Sequence record: PP355766.1 | Length of the DNA: 64,000 bases | Direction: 5' to 3' (one strand) | Shown: in pieces, positions 21,455-31,879 of the stretch | How the letters are laid out: the number at the start of each line of letters is the position of its first letter | Numbering within the stretch: the first letter of the stretch is position 1 | Translations under genes and position numbers: made by a program | Notes under the pieces: model-generated | What the model saw: only the letters and a program-made list of their open reading frames with translations | Told to the model about the DNA's origin: nothing | Database searches by the model: none

Positions 21455-24244
21455 ATGTTTTCTATTCTAGAAGGACACGCGGGTTTTTCCCGCGATCCCG
21501 CTTCCGGCAACTGGAAGGAAGTGAAAACAACTGATTACCTTTTTGCGAAGGAGTTTTCTAACGAGCATCCAGAAGGTAAACCAGCCTCAATGCCCTACAA
21601 ATTTAACGTAGTGGATACGGTTGACCCCAAAAATCTTAATGAAGCGTATGAGCTGATGGTTCAGCTCACTCAAGATCCACATCTCGTAGCAGTACGAGGT
21701 ACATGCTTAGTTGCAGAGAAGGCCGTGCGTCGTAAACGTACTAACTTCAAAATCGACCATAAGAGCAATATTATTGCTATGGACGTCGATGGAATCTCTG
21801 ATACTGGAGGCTGCGACAGGTTTGACATCGTGGGTATGGGACGGCATGTCATTAAGTTATTAAATAGCATCAGCGAGGACATGTTCCCGCTTAACGCAGG
21901 GTTTATTGCCCATGCGTCGTCTTCGGCTGGAATTAAGCCAGGGATTCGTATGCACATGCTATTAGAGAGTAATATTCCTGTTACTCAGGGTCAGTTAAAG
22001 TTTCTATTTACGTCCCTCAATGATAGCTCTCGGCAGAAGTATGGTTTTGATATTGCCGACTTAGCTTATTATTCATCTGTACAGCTACACTATTTCGCTG
22101 ACCCGATTTTCCGGGATCAGTTTACCGATCCGTTTAAAGCGGAGGGTAAGCCACGTCTGGTTAAAGTTAACGGTGGTAGGATTGAACTGCCCAATACTAT
22201 GCCAGATTATGAAGCCACTCGTGGGGAGTTTAAAGAAGAGTTTCTATCTCTGCTCAATCAGATTAAAGGAAAGCGTGTAGCCTCTGAAAAAGTGGAACAA
22301 ACCATTGCAGAGCTGGAAGAAGCAGAGGATGGTGTTTATCTGCGTATTATTCCTAAACTGTACCACAGAGCGCTGGAGGACGGTGTTGATTTCGCGTGGC
22401 TTGAGAAAGAAATTACCTCAGCTTTGTCCGATTATATCAACACGAAGGATAATTCCCGTAGCCTACAGGATTACTTCAATAACGGACGTAAGCAGGCGTT
22501 AAAAGCGTTTGTGAACAACTCTATGCGAGATATTCCTGAGTCGAATGTTAAAGGCGTTCCTGTACATAAGTTGACCTCTGATAGTCCCGATGGGATGAAC
22601 TATTTGAAGATCAACCGTCCACCGCCGGAAGGCCATTTAACATTTATCAAGGCTTCCCTAGGTACTGGTAAAACCACCGCAGTGACAAAGTGGCTAGAAC
22701 GTGATCAGCTGAAAGGTAATTTCCTTGCAGTTACGAATACACGTGCCCTGGTTTCATCTAATGCCAAGAAGTTTGAAGCCGGACAGTATGATAAGTCCGT
22801 AGATATGTTAAACTTCAAGCGCGGTGCCATTGATCGTATGTCTACTACTATTCACTCAATCCACAAGTTTAAAAACTTTGTTGGGCAAATCGATATTATC
22901 TTTATCGATGAGTGCGACGCAGTTATGAATGACCTGTTATTCGCTCCAGTTGTTAAACAACGTCGTGAGTGTATCTCAGTTCTTCGTGAAATTCTGCTAT
23001 CTGCAAAAGTAGTTATCCTGTCTGACGGGGATATCAGTGCAGAAACCATTGAGGCATATGGATCTCTCATAGATTTTGACAAGCCGGTCTCTTATTATAA
23101 ACACCATCGTAAGATGCTCTCGGATGCCCAGGCATATGAGTTCCCGGATGAATCTAGTATTTGGGTTGCTCTTCAAACGTCCCTAGAGATGGGAGAGAAG
23201 TCTATTCTGGTGTCCGACTGTGGGCCGGATGAGTTAAACGAGAAAGGTCTGACGTTAAGAAACAATACAGGTGCGATTGTTAAAGAGATTCACTCAAACT
23301 CTACATCTGATATAGATATTCGTCGTATTTTGGACTATACAACGAATGAGCTGATTGAACAGCAGATTGATTGCCTGCTATGTAGTCCGTCAGTAACGAG
23401 CGGTGTTGACTTCAACTACTTCGATAACGTGTTTGTTATCACTCGTACCGCTAACCAGGCGCCGAACATGCGCTTCCAGGCAATCAGGCGCGACCGAGGA
23501 GCTAAGAATATCTTCTATTTCATCGATAAGTCCACCAGCGGATTCTCTGCGGGTTCGGAGCAGTATAACATCGATGAGGGTTGGCTAGAATTAGCTCAGC
23601 AGCTGTATGTTAAACGTCGTGAACTAGAATCCCGTAACTTTATCAGCACATTACGATACTATCTGTTGGATCAGGGAGCAACTATCGATATCTTCAGTGA
23701 AAGCTGGGGTAAGGTTGATAGCTCGGCCGCAGAGTATACTGCCGAGCGAGTTTCTGCTATTTTGAGCAGTACCCCGGATTGGTGTGCACCCCGTCATGCG
23801 GACGCATACGAAGCCAAGCTAATGCTGGTCAAGTATTTCCACCTGGACTCTATCAAGAGTATCACACAGGAACATGCGGAGATGTGGATTAGTAAGAAAC
23901 CTCACAAACGGGCGGAATTCTTCCACAAACTTCAAGATATATTCTGGAAGGATATTAAGAAGTGTTCTAACGTGACGATTAGCCCCTTTATTGAAGCCCT
24001 GAAGAAACACAAGAAGGACTTCTTTATTAGGACGGGACAGTCTGCTAACCCTAAATATGCCCGTATGTACTTAACCCAAATGGGTATTAATAAGGAAATG
24101 GAAACGGAGCAGATTGTAGACTGGTATCGAACCTACTGCTCTATCGAAGGTATCTCTGTACCGTATGAGTTTATGACGGACGAGGAGAAGGCGCTGGCCG
24201 ATGAAGCGCAAAACGAACTTGGAGTACGTAATGAGCAAGCGTGA
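21455..24244 (+). CDS. obp: replication origin-binding protein (N-terminal AEP-like domain plus UL9-like SF2 helicase)
   Basis: MDVDG and RMH motifs; ASLGTGKT, IFIDECD, SPSVTSGVD, QAIRRDR. Confidence 0.9.
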   Translation: MFSILEGHAGFSRDPASGNWKEVKTTDYLFAKEFSNEHPEGKPASMPYKFNVVDTVDPKNLNEAYELMVQLTQDPHLVAVRGTCLVAEKAVRRKRTNFKIDHKSNIIAMDVDGISDTGGCDRFDIVGMGRHVIKLLNSISEDMFPLNAGFIAHASSSAGIKPGIRMHMLLESNIPVTQGQLKFLFTSLNDSSRQKYGFDIADLAYYSSVQLHYFADPIFRDQFTDPFKAEGKPRLVKVNGGRIELPNTMPDYEATRGEFKEEFLSLLNQIKGKRVASEKVEQTIAELEEAEDGVYLRIIPKLYHRALEDGVDFAWLEKEITSALSDYINTKDNSRSLQDYFNNGRKQALKAFVNNSMRDIPESNVKGVPVHKLTSDSPDGMNYLKINRPPPEGHLTFIKASLGTGKTTAVTKWLERDQLKGNFLAVTNTRALVSSNAKKFEAGQYDKSVDMLNFKRGAIDRMSTTIHSIHKFKNFVGQIDIIFIDECDAVMNDLLFAPVVKQRRECISVLREILLSAKVVILSDGDISAETIEAYGSLIDFDKPVSYYKHHRKMLSDAQAYEFPDESSIWVALQTSLEMGEKSILVSDCGPDELNEKGLTLRNNTGAIVKEIHSNSTSDIDIRRILDYTTNELIEQQIDCLLCSPSVTSGVDFNYFDNVFVITRTANQAPNMRFQAIRRDRGAKNIFYFIDKSTSGFSAGSEQYNIDEGWLELAQQLYVKRRELESRNFISTLRYYLLDQGATIDIFSESWGKVDSSAAEYTAERVSAILSSTPDWCAPRHADAYEAKLMLVKYFHLDSIKSITQEHAEMWISKKPHKRAEFFHKLQDIFWKDIKKCSNVTISPFIEALKKHKKDFFIRTGQSANPKYARMYLTQMGINKEMETEQIVDWYRTYCSIEGISVPYEFMTDEEKALADEAQNELGVRNEQA

Positions 24245-24515
24245 TGCCCGCTGGGAGACAAGGAAGTTTCCCAAACGTGATATGAAAGCACGGAAGGCCA
24301 AAGAAATAGAGTTGTGTAGAGTAATACCTATTCGCTTAGCACAGATGCCAAATATCTATGATTGGCTAGAAGCTCAGCGAAAGACACGCCTTTCTATACG
24401 CATCAACATGGAACTAAACATGGGGTACAAGAGTCTATCTGAATTCATGCATGTTACTTTCGACCCTACGTTCTATGAAAATCGCGATTGCTTAGAAGCT
24501 AAATCTGTATTATAA
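24231..24515 (+). CDS. hypothetical basic protein (94 aa)
   Basis: GGAG RBS before ATG 24231; overlaps the obp stop. Confidence 0.7.
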   Translation: MSKRDARWETRKFPKRDMKARKAKEIELCRVIPIRLAQMPNIYDWLEAQRKTRLSIRINMELNMGYKSLSEFMHVTFDPTFYENRDCLEAKSVL

Positions 24516-24516
24516 T
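24488..24516 (+). promoter_or_regulatory. promoter for D2
   Basis: TTGCTT-17-TATAAT. Confidence 0.8.
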
Positions 24517-24547
24517 AGTTTCATAAATTCGAGAGAGGATAAAGAAC

Positions 24548-25243
24548 ATGGCAATCCGCAAAAAACTTCATGCGAATAGCATCCCGGACGAAAAGTTTAA
24601 GGAAGCGATTCAGTGGCTAGAAGATGGCAAGACCAAGAAAGGCGCTTGCGAAATCCTCGGAGTAGCATCCAACTCCACGATGGAGCGTTTGATCGAGGAA
24701 TGGAAAGATAACCAGCGTGTTTCTGCTGAAATGCGTAAAAAGAAACGTGGTACTAAAATCGAAGGGGCTGAGCTGGCCAACGTTATCGATTCATATCTGT
24801 CCGGTGATAGTTTTGAAGCAATCGCCGAGCGTTTCTACCGTTCTGCAAATATGATCCGAATGGTTCTGTCTGCACATGGTGCCCTGCTTCGCGTTAATGG
24901 TGAGGTTGACCCGCTCTTCCCGCCAGCGATTCCAGAAGAATCAATGAAAGAGGTATTTGAAGTAGGCGAACACGTTTGGGTTCCAGGATACCAGTGTATC
25001 GGCGAAGTTAAAAAAGCTCTGGACAATCCGGTAGGCGCATATCGTGTTTACCTGCTATCCGAAGCCCGTCAGCAGTACGTTAACTATATGTATTGGGATC
25101 TGGCGTCTGTTGAGCATCTGGTAGCACTTGGCGTCGATATCAAATCCCTGGGATTCAAGTGGGGCAAAGAAGACGTAGCTGAACTGGTTAATAACGCTGT
25201 TAAAGCAGCCCTGAAATTAGAAAAGAGAGGCAAAGGTGAGTAA
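24548..25243 (+). CDS. D2: T5 D2-like DNA-binding protein
   Basis: HTH-like repeats; position after obp as in T5. Confidence 0.75.
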   Translation: MAIRKKLHANSIPDEKFKEAIQWLEDGKTKKGACEILGVASNSTMERLIEEWKDNQRVSAEMRKKKRGTKIEGAELANVIDSYLSGDSFEAIAERFYRSANMIRMVLSAHGALLRVNGEVDPLFPPAIPEESMKEVFEVGEHVWVPGYQCIGEVKKALDNPVGAYRVYLLSEARQQYVNYMYWDLASVEHLVALGVDIKSLGFKWGKEDVAELVNNAVKAALKLEKRGKGE

Positions 25244-25454
25244 ATATCAACTCCTGAACCTATTTCAGATTTATTCCGAAGGTGCTACAGCTATCCGAGA
25301 TCTGCATTATGCAGTCCCCATGGACGAAGCGGAAGATAATGGCTGGCTTACCAAATACGATCGTGGTTTGCTGAAGATGTATCGTTTGTCCCCTAATGGT
25401 TTGGTGGCTGTTAACCAAGTCCTAGAAAATTCTGTTTGCTTTGCAGCTCAGTAA
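25236..25454 (+). CDS. hypothetical protein (72 aa)
   Basis: GTG start overlapping the D2 stop. Confidence 0.7.
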   Translation: MSKYQLLNLFQIYSEGATAIRDLHYAVPMDEAEDNGWLTKYDRGLLKMYRLSPNGLVAVNQVLENSVCFAAQ

Positions 25455-25465
25455 CTTGTTATAAT
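25436..25465 (+). promoter_or_regulatory. promoter for D3
   Basis: TTGCTT-18-TATAAT. Confidence 0.65.
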
Positions 25466-25528
25466 ATTCTCATAGTTTGAAACAAAACTTAAAAACTCTA
25501 TTTAACAATAAATAAGGAAGTAATAAAT

Positions 25529-25933
25529 ATGTCTACTCCAACTCAATGGTCTCCTGAACTCGAAGCTGAACTGACTTCTGCCTACGTCGCCAAAATCGAA
25601 CTCTTCCCGGAAGATGAGCGTCCTGGTGTCTCTATGGAGATCGTAGCTGAGATCGCTAAAGAACACGGTGTTTCCCCGAACGGCCTTCGTATGAAGCTGT
25701 CCAAAGCTGGCGTATACGTCAAGAAAGAAGCTGGTAAGGCTACCGCTAAAACTGGTGGTGATGCCCCTAAAGCTGGTGGCCGTACTTCTAAATCTGATGC
25801 TCAGGCTGAATTGCGCGCCGCATTTAACGACGCTGGACTGGAAGATGGCTTCCTGGACGAATCGATCGTTGACAAACTGACCGGTAAAGCTGCCTCTCAC
25901 CTGGCTGAAGCTATCCGTAAAATCACTAAATAA
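25529..25933 (+). CDS. D3: T5 D3-like DNA-binding protein
   Basis: HTH-like VAEIAKEHGVSPNGLRMKLSKAGVY; synteny. Confidence 0.75.
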   Translation: MSTPTQWSPELEAELTSAYVAKIELFPEDERPGVSMEIVAEIAKEHGVSPNGLRMKLSKAGVYVKKEAGKATAKTGGDAPKAGGRTSKSDAQAELRAAFNDAGLEDGFLDESIVDKLTGKAASHLAEAIRKITK

Positions 25934-25945
25934 GAGGGTATTGCA

Positions 25946-26242
25946 ATGAATAAAGCACAAGTCGTAGCTATCTGTGAGAAACACGGTGAGTTTTGCATGC
26001 AATACACCAAACTGCGTACCAAGGGGGTAACTTACCTCTACGGTACGACTGAGTTCGATCCTAAGCAAGATAAATACCTTGCCGAGCGAATCGTCCGTGA
26101 AGGCCTGGAACCCGCTGACAAAGATCATATCCTGGTCTTTAGCCGCTCTAGCGATAAATTCCGCTATATTCCGATTGCGAATATTAAGCGCATCACCAGC
26201 CTCAACCAAGAACTTGATCGAGCTACTCCAGTAGGTCGTTAA
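25946..26242 (+). CDS. hypothetical protein (98 aa)
   Basis: GAGG RBS. Confidence 0.8.
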   Translation: MNKAQVVAICEKHGEFCMQYTKLRTKGVTYLYGTTEFDPKQDKYLAERIVREGLEPADKDHILVFSRSSDKFRYIPIANIKRITSLNQELDRATPVGR

Positions 26243-26251
26243 GACGCAATC

Positions 26252-26271
26252 AGCCCCTTCGGGGGCTTTTT
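26252..26271 (+). terminator. rho-independent terminator
   Basis: AGCCCC-TTCG-GGGGCT-TTTT. Confidence 0.85.
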
Positions 26272-26292
26272 GTTTATCTGAGAACAATAAAA

Positions 26293-26601
26293 ATGAATCA
26301 AAACATTTGTCAGGATTACGAAGGACATATTGATGATCAGTCCCACGTTATCTTTGAAGATGAAGGGCGACAGATTCGTATGACTGTCTCGGAGTTTAGA
26401 GGCAATTTATACTTTGGTTTCCGATTGTGGTTACTGGATATTGAAGATAACTGGTTCCCTACTAAATCAGGCTTCTCATTCCCTTACACGTTAGAAATGA
26501 CTAGCACGCTGTTCCGAGCGTTTACTAAAATACTAAGCAATTCAGAGGTTCTTCATGAAGTTTACCGTGAATCTCAAAAGACCCAAGCCAGTGACGACTA
26601 A
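26293..26601 (+). CDS. PC4/p15-like ssDNA-binding protein
   Basis: TVSEFRGNLYFGFRLW...PTKSGFS matches the PC4 fold motif. Confidence 0.8.
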   Translation: MNQNICQDYEGHIDDQSHVIFEDEGRQIRMTVSEFRGNLYFGFRLWLLDIEDNWFPTKSGFSFPYTLEMTSTLFRAFTKILSNSEVLHEVYRESQKTQASDD

Positions 26602-26629
26602 GTTGCTGGCTTTTTCTTTAAAATCTCAA

Positions 26630-26658
26630 TTGCTTAGTGTTTTAAACCTTGATATAAT
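26630..26658 (+). promoter_or_regulatory. promoter
   Basis: TTGCTT-17-TATAAT. Confidence 0.8.
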
Positions 26659-26684
26659 ATTCTCATAGTTTGAAGGAGATCTTT

Positions 26685-26867
26685 ATGAAAGATCATGAAA
26701 TTGCTCAGTTAGTCAATAAGCTGACCGAAGCTGCTAAGACGTATGCTCATACTCAGCAATTAAGAGCACACATGTCTAGAATTGTTAACGAGGCTTTACG
26801 CCATGAAAAGAATAATTATCGATGCCTACAGTGCTCCTCCCCTGGAATTCCAAGCCATGACGCTTGA
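26685..26867 (+). CDS. hypothetical protein (60 aa)
   Basis: AAGGAG RBS before ATG 26685. Confidence 0.65.
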   Translation: MKDHEIAQLVNKLTEAAKTYAHTQQLRAHMSRIVNEALRHEKNNYRCLQCSSPGIPSHDA

Positions 26868-27066
26868 GTGGGTAGAGGATAAGCAAAAGAAAACCCTACC
26901 CGGTTACGTATTTATCGGGGCGTGGATTGAAAACAACGTGACACTATGCGAAATGCTTAGCCCTAAATCGCTAGGCAGAACGGTAACAACTTTCCAAGCA
27001 CTATGTGAACATTTTAATTGGGAAGGAAAGACCAAGAAGCTGTGCGAACACTACGAGGTTAAATAA
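26803..27066 (+). CDS. hypothetical protein (87 aa)
   Basis: GAGG RBS; TAATG-coupled to ligA. Confidence 0.65.
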   Translation: MKRIIIDAYSAPPLEFQAMTLEWVEDKQKKTLPGYVFIGAWIENNVTLCEMLSPKSLGRTVTTFQALCEHFNWEGKTKKLCEHYEVK

Positions 27067-28028
27067 TGCAACACGTTAAAGAATTTATCAAACTGTGCCA
27101 AGACGCGTACTACAAAGGTATGTCAATCATCTCTGATGAAGAGTATGATGCCTTAATTCGTCGCTTTCCGCTAGAGGAAGAAATTGGCCCCAAAGGTGAT
27201 GTACCTCACCTGTTCCGTATGTTCTCCCTACAGAAAGTGTACCCAGGCCGCGGCGAAGAAGTACCCTTCCAGGGCATTGAAACGCCGAAGCTCGATGGCT
27301 GTGCTATTTCACTTCTGTATATCGACGGAAAATTCGTTTCTGCGTTAACACGCGGTAACGGCGTCCTAGGTAATGATGTAACTCATAATGTGAAGTTACT
27401 GAACATTCCTAAACAGATCTCCCAAAAGACTCCGGTGCAGATTACTGGTGAAGTACACATCACCAAAGAAGTTGAAAATATGCGTAACTTCGCCTCTGGT
27501 GCTATTAACCTGAAAGATTCTGGAGAGTTTCTCTCCCGTATTGCGGAAGGTGGCCTGATGTTTACGGCCTATAGTATTCAGTGTGAAACCGGCAAAGTTG
27601 GCCTGACCGCTACTTTCTGTGGAGATATGCATATCCTTCAGGGTGATGGTTTTGTTACCTGTCTGGATATCTCCAGCCGAGTAGATTGGTTCCCAACGGA
27701 CGGCGTGGTAGTTCGTATGGACGGCAACAACCAATTTAACGCAGCAGGTTGGACTAACAAGTTCCCGCGTGGTGCGTACGCCATCAAAGAAGATGATGAA
27801 GGCGAGGTTACTACGCTAGAGCGGGTAGAATGGCAAGTGGGGGCTTCCGGTAAGGTTACTCCTGTTGGATACTTCACCCCGGTAGTCATCGACGACGCTG
27901 TCATCTCAAAAGCTACCCTGAATAACGTTGGCTATATCACTGCCCTTGACCTAGAAATCGGTTGCCAGATCCGCGTAATTCGTAGTGGTGGGGTCATCCC
28001 TCGCATCGTAGAACGTGTTTACGAGTAA
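27066..28028 (+). CDS. ligA: NAD-dependent DNA ligase, adenylation and OB subunit
   Basis: [47 protein letters not shown]. Confidence 0.95.
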   Translation: MQHVKEFIKLCQDAYYKGMSIISDEEYDALIRRFPLEEEIGPKGDVPHLFRMFSLQKVYPGRGEEVPFQGIETPKLDGCAISLLYIDGKFVSALTRGNGVLGNDVTHNVKLLNIPKQISQKTPVQITGEVHITKEVENMRNFASGAINLKDSGEFLSRIAEGGLMFTAYSIQCETGKVGLTATFCGDMHILQGDGFVTCLDISSRVDWFPTDGVVVRMDGNNQFNAAGWTNKFPRGAYAIKEDDEGEVTTLERVEWQVGASGKVTPVGYFTPVVIDDAVISKATLNNVGYITALDLEIGCQIRVIRSGGVIPRIVERVYE

Positions 28029-28073
28029 CACTTGATTCAATAGATACACCGTGATGATTTTTTAAAGTAGTTA

Positions 28074-28197
28074 TTGACATTTTCATCGCCAGGGTGTATA
28101 CTATTATCATTCAGTTGAGGGAAAGAAATATTTGGTGAGAGACTGAGCTAAATTCTGAAAAATTTCGATTGCTTAGTCCTGATTTTCTTGCTATAAT
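28074..28197 (+). promoter_or_regulatory. two tandem promoters between the ligase halves
   Basis: TTGACA-17-TATACT (28074-28102) and TTGCTT-17-TATAAT (28169-28197). Confidence 0.75.
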
Positions 28198-28227
28198 ATT
28201 TATATAAATTGATGAGGAAGAAAATCA

Positions 28228-28977
28228 ATGAAAATTGAAATTCCACTGAATTGCCCCTCTTGTGGTTCGAAACTGGACTTAGTTAACGATCAGTTGTTCT
28301 GCCGTAACAAGTCTATGTGTCCAGCTCAAAGCAGTAAATTAATCGAGAACTTCTGCTCAAAGATGAAGTTAAAGGGCTTTGGCCCACAGACTATTGCTAA
28401 ACTGGAGATCACAAAAGTTTCAGAACTCTTTTCCCTGACTAAAGAAGATTTAGTCAGAGCTGTAGGTGATAAAGTCGCCACGAAACTTGAGCTAGAGTTG
28501 GAAACTAAGCTGAGACAAGATGTTGACTTTGGTTCGGTTCTTGGATCTCTTAGTATCCCTCTTATCGGTGAAGTTGCTGCTAAGAAATTATCCCAGCTTT
28601 ACAACGATTTCCAATCTGTGAAAGCGGAAGGTAAAGCTGGAGAAAACTTAGCTTCGTGGAAGAATACACCGGCAGGACAGGACGTAATTAATCTACCATG
28701 GAAATTCAGTGGGGCGCGGGAAACTCAAGTTACCCCGGCGACTGAATCCAACGGAGTTGTTCTTTGCATTACTGGTAAGCTCAACGACTTCAAAAATCGT
28801 GCGGACGCTACCAAATATCTAGAAAGTCTTGGGTACACGGTGAAAACCTCCGTTACTAAGGCTGTAAACTACTTAATCTGCGAAGATGAAACCAAGATCG
28901 GTTCTTCTTCATACAAAAAAGCACAATCGCTGGGCATCGAAGTCTTGACGATTAAAATTCTACTGGAGAATAAATAA
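28228..28977 (+). CDS. ligB: NAD-dependent DNA ligase, Zn-finger/HhH/BRCT subunit
   Basis: CPSCGS..C..C, KGFG, IPLIG, ITGK..SVTK..YLIC. Confidence 0.93.
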   Translation: MKIEIPLNCPSCGSKLDLVNDQLFCRNKSMCPAQSSKLIENFCSKMKLKGFGPQTIAKLEITKVSELFSLTKEDLVRAVGDKVATKLELELETKLRQDVDFGSVLGSLSIPLIGEVAAKKLSQLYNDFQSVKAEGKAGENLASWKNTPAGQDVINLPWKFSGARETQVTPATESNGVVLCITGKLNDFKNRADATKYLESLGYTVKTSVTKAVNYLICEDETKIGSSSYKKAQSLGIEVLTIKILLENK

Positions 28978-28979
28978 AA

Positions 28980-29738
28980 ATGGCTAAATTAACCTGGAAC
29001 GAAGAAATCACTGCATCCCTGACCGCTAAAGCTAACGCCCTGAACGCGACCGTTATCTCTCAGGAAGCTGTTGCTAACATCGCTGCTGAACTGGCTGCTG
29101 AAACTGGTAAAGAAGTTACCGCTCGTTCGGTTGGTTCTAAACTGCGTAAAGAAGGCTTCGAAGTGCAGAAAGCATCCGACGTAACCAAATCTCCGTGGAC
29201 TCCGGGTCAGGAAGATGAACTGGTTGCATTCCTGAACGATCATCCGGGTCAGTATACCTACGCTGAAATCGCTGCTGCTGTAGTTGGTGGTGCTTATACC
29301 GCTAAACAAGTACAGGGTAAAATCCTGAGCCTGGAACTGACCGCTGCTGTTAAGCCGACTGAAAAGGCCGCTGCTGTACGTAGCTTTAGCCCGGACCAGG
29401 AAGCTGCTTTCATTAACGCCGTTGCCAGTGGCGCGTCCGTTGAAGCAATCGCTGCTCAGTTCGAACGTACCGTTAAGCAGATCCGTGGTAAAGCTCTGAG
29501 CCTGCTGCGTGAAGGCCGTATCGAAGCTATGCCGGTTCAGGAAGTCTCTAATGCTAAGGCACGTGAAGACGTTCTGGAAGGTCTGAATATCTCCGATATG
29601 ACCGTTGCTGAGATCGCAGAAGCAACTGGTAAATCCGAGCGTGGTGTTAAGTCTATGCTGAGCCGCCGTGGTATCTCTGCTAAGGATCACGATGGTGTTG
29701 CTAAGCGCGCTAAACTTGACGCTAAATCCGCCAAGTAA
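28980..29738 (+). CDS. D5: T5 D5-like DNA-binding regulator
   Basis: Repeated HTH-like units; position after ligB. Confidence 0.8.
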   Translation: MAKLTWNEEITASLTAKANALNATVISQEAVANIAAELAAETGKEVTARSVGSKLRKEGFEVQKASDVTKSPWTPGQEDELVAFLNDHPGQYTYAEIAAAVVGGAYTAKQVQGKILSLELTAAVKPTEKAAAVRSFSPDQEAAFINAVASGASVEAIAAQFERTVKQIRGKALSLLREGRIEAMPVQEVSNAKAREDVLEGLNISDMTVAEIAEATGKSERGVKSMLSRRGISAKDHDGVAKRAKLDAKSAK

Positions 29739-29751
29739 TTGATTTGACCTG

Positions 29752-29784
29752 AGGGGAGAGGAATTTTGTTCCTCTCCCCTTTTT
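29752..29784 (+). terminator. rho-independent terminator
   Basis: AGGGGAGAGGAA-TTTTG-TTCCTCTCCCCT-TTTT. Confidence 0.9.
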
Positions 29785-29822
29785 CGTTTAAGTAGACGCT
29801 AACGCGGCGTAGAGAGTATCTT

Positions 29823-31301
29823 ATGTATAACGTCCAAGCAGTAGTTTTGAAAATGCTCCTAGCCTCCGATCAAAAGCAGGTGGCTCTAGAGACATTCTCT
29901 AGACTGCGCAAAGATCACTTCAATGACGCATTTACCGCGATCTACCAAGCTGTCCAGAATTATTACAAAAAGCATAACGGAATGCCTTCGTTAGATGCTC
30001 TGATGCTAGAGTCTAACAGAAACGCAAGGTTGTCTCAAGCACTAACTGTTTTAGCAAACACTCAGATTCCAGACGTTGACATATCGCATGCGATTCATGT
30101 CCTAGAGTCGGAATACACACAGGATCTATTCCTGAATCTGCTAGAAACTGATGTGTTGCAGGATATTACCATACTGGATCAGGGAGAATTACTTGATCGA
30201 GTAGCGGCTCTGCACATGAAGCTAGAGGAAAGAGTAACAACGACTGGTAAGGTCTTCAACGCCGATACTATGCGTGTTTTCAAGAGAAAAGAAGACTCCA
30301 TGTTAAATCTTATCTCTCTCGGCATCTCAAACGAATTTGATGCTCAACTTGGCGGAATTGCCAGAAAAGAAACACTGCTACTCGGTGGATGGCGTGGTAC
30401 AGGTAAATCAATCATCTGTTCTAACATTCAAGTAGCCCAGTATTACAACGGGGATATCGCCCCATATTTCTCCATCGAAATGCCAGAGAATGAGGTCTTT
30501 AGACGTAACCTAGCCATTATGGCCGGTGTTTCAGCTAAGGCTATGCGCAATGACTCCTTACAAGGTATTGAACTCAACAAACTTGCGAAGACTCGTGCAA
30601 AAATGTTCGAAGGCGGTCTGGAAGTATATAACGATTTTGTATCACGTTATACGCTCAACGAGATGAGTGACTTCCATGACATGGAGACTATGCTAATGCA
30701 GGAAAGACCCCTGCACACTCCGATGATCATTGTGTATGATCCGGAACTTAGTACAGCAACCATCGATGTTGAACTAACTAAGCTAACCTCCAAGTATGGG
30801 GACAAGGTAACAATCGCCCTGCTAGACTATATCAACCAGGTACGTTTGCCTGATACGAAGACATTAGATATGTATGATTGGAAGCAGCAGATGGTTGTCT
30901 CCTCTACATTCAAGTCTACGTGCCAAAAGCATAACGTTGCTGGTGTAGCTCCTTACCAGATTGACCAACAGGGTAACGCCCGTATGGCAAGAGGTATCCT
31001 CGACTCCTGTGATATGGCTGCAAATCTAAATGCTGCTAAACAGAACGAGGGGCATGACGGTGCAATCAAGTTTGACTTCGTAAAAACTCGTAACTCCGAG
31101 GGTATGACATTCATGCCGAAGATCAACTGGAACTCACTGCGTATGGATCAGACTTCTGACCTTAAACTAGAGGACATTCGTCAGATGGAAGCAGAGTTTG
31201 TTATCCCACTTGAAAGCGATAAACCGAAAGACAAACCAAAAAGGAAAAAGGCTTCGGATGAGGATACTAATCCCACCGGAGAATCCTCAAGAGACTTATG
31301 A
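29823..31301 (+). CDS. DnaB-like replicative helicase
   Basis: GGWRGTGKS, FSIEM, LLDYIN, KTRN. Confidence 0.9.
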   Translation: MYNVQAVVLKMLLASDQKQVALETFSRLRKDHFNDAFTAIYQAVQNYYKKHNGMPSLDALMLESNRNARLSQALTVLANTQIPDVDISHAIHVLESEYTQDLFLNLLETDVLQDITILDQGELLDRVAALHMKLEERVTTTGKVFNADTMRVFKRKEDSMLNLISLGISNEFDAQLGGIARKETLLLGGWRGTGKSIICSNIQVAQYYNGDIAPYFSIEMPENEVFRRNLAIMAGVSAKAMRNDSLQGIELNKLAKTRAKMFEGGLEVYNDFVSRYTLNEMSDFHDMETMLMQERPLHTPMIIVYDPELSTATIDVELTKLTSKYGDKVTIALLDYINQVRLPDTKTLDMYDWKQQMVVSSTFKSTCQKHNVAGVAPYQIDQQGNARMARGILDSCDMAANLNAAKQNEGHDGAIKFDFVKTRNSEGMTFMPKINWNSLRMDQTSDLKLEDIRQMEAEFVIPLESDKPKDKPKRKKASDEDTNPTGESSRDL

Positions 31302-31879
31302 GTAGAATAACCGAGCTTTTAGATCTCAAAGGGATTGAATACAGAGATACGGGTGGGGACATCCTCATCCGCTGTCTCAATCCTGACCATGAGGATGCAC
31401 ATCCAAGTTTACGTGTTGACCCCGATTCCGGGGTTTTTCACTGCCTAAGCTGCGGATTTGGTCGTGGTATACCAAGCATCTTTCATTACTTCAATGAAGA
31501 ACAGTACAGGACGTCGCCTAGACTCCTGAGAGTTCGCAGAATGATTAGTGACCTCCGAACCGAGGGTCGCAGTCTAGAAATTCCCGAATCAGCCATGATA
31601 TTCGATCAAGACTTTCGTGGTATCAAAGCAGAGACTTTCAAGAAATACTTTGCATTCCAACAAACAGAGGACTGGGAAGGTCGTGTAGTGTTTCCTATTA
31701 CGGATGCCGTAGGGAGAAACTTATTCTTCTTAGGCCGTAATATGGATAGCTCTGCCCCTCCGAAATATATGATTAGACCTAAGAAGGTCTCCCCTCCAAT
31801 CTTCCCTGTTCGCTATAACACCCCAGCCCTAATCCTAGTCGAAGGTATATTCGACATGTTGAATCTAGAAGAGGTGTAA
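31298..31879 (+). pseudogene. DNA primase, truncated at the segment junction
   Basis: Zn finger (CLNPDH...CLSC) and TOPRIM start ILVEGIFD, then a stop 2 codons after the junction; DxD motif missing. Confidence 0.85.

Larger units (their letters stand above)
1..31872. other. Segment A: T5-like (Demerecviridae) phage genome fragment
   Basis: T5 gene order (tRNA cluster, rnh, thyA, frd, nrdB, nrdA, phoH, nrdD, sir2, obp, D2, D3, ligA, ligB, D5, helicase, primase); many TTGC(T/A)N-17-TATAAT promoters. Confidence 0.95.

Noticed and set aside
4000-28720. Possible T5-type single-strand nick sites RGCGCRGG (4000-4007, 28713-28720)
   Set aside because: The consensus is from memory, the motif is short enough to occur by chance, and nicks cannot be seen in sequence
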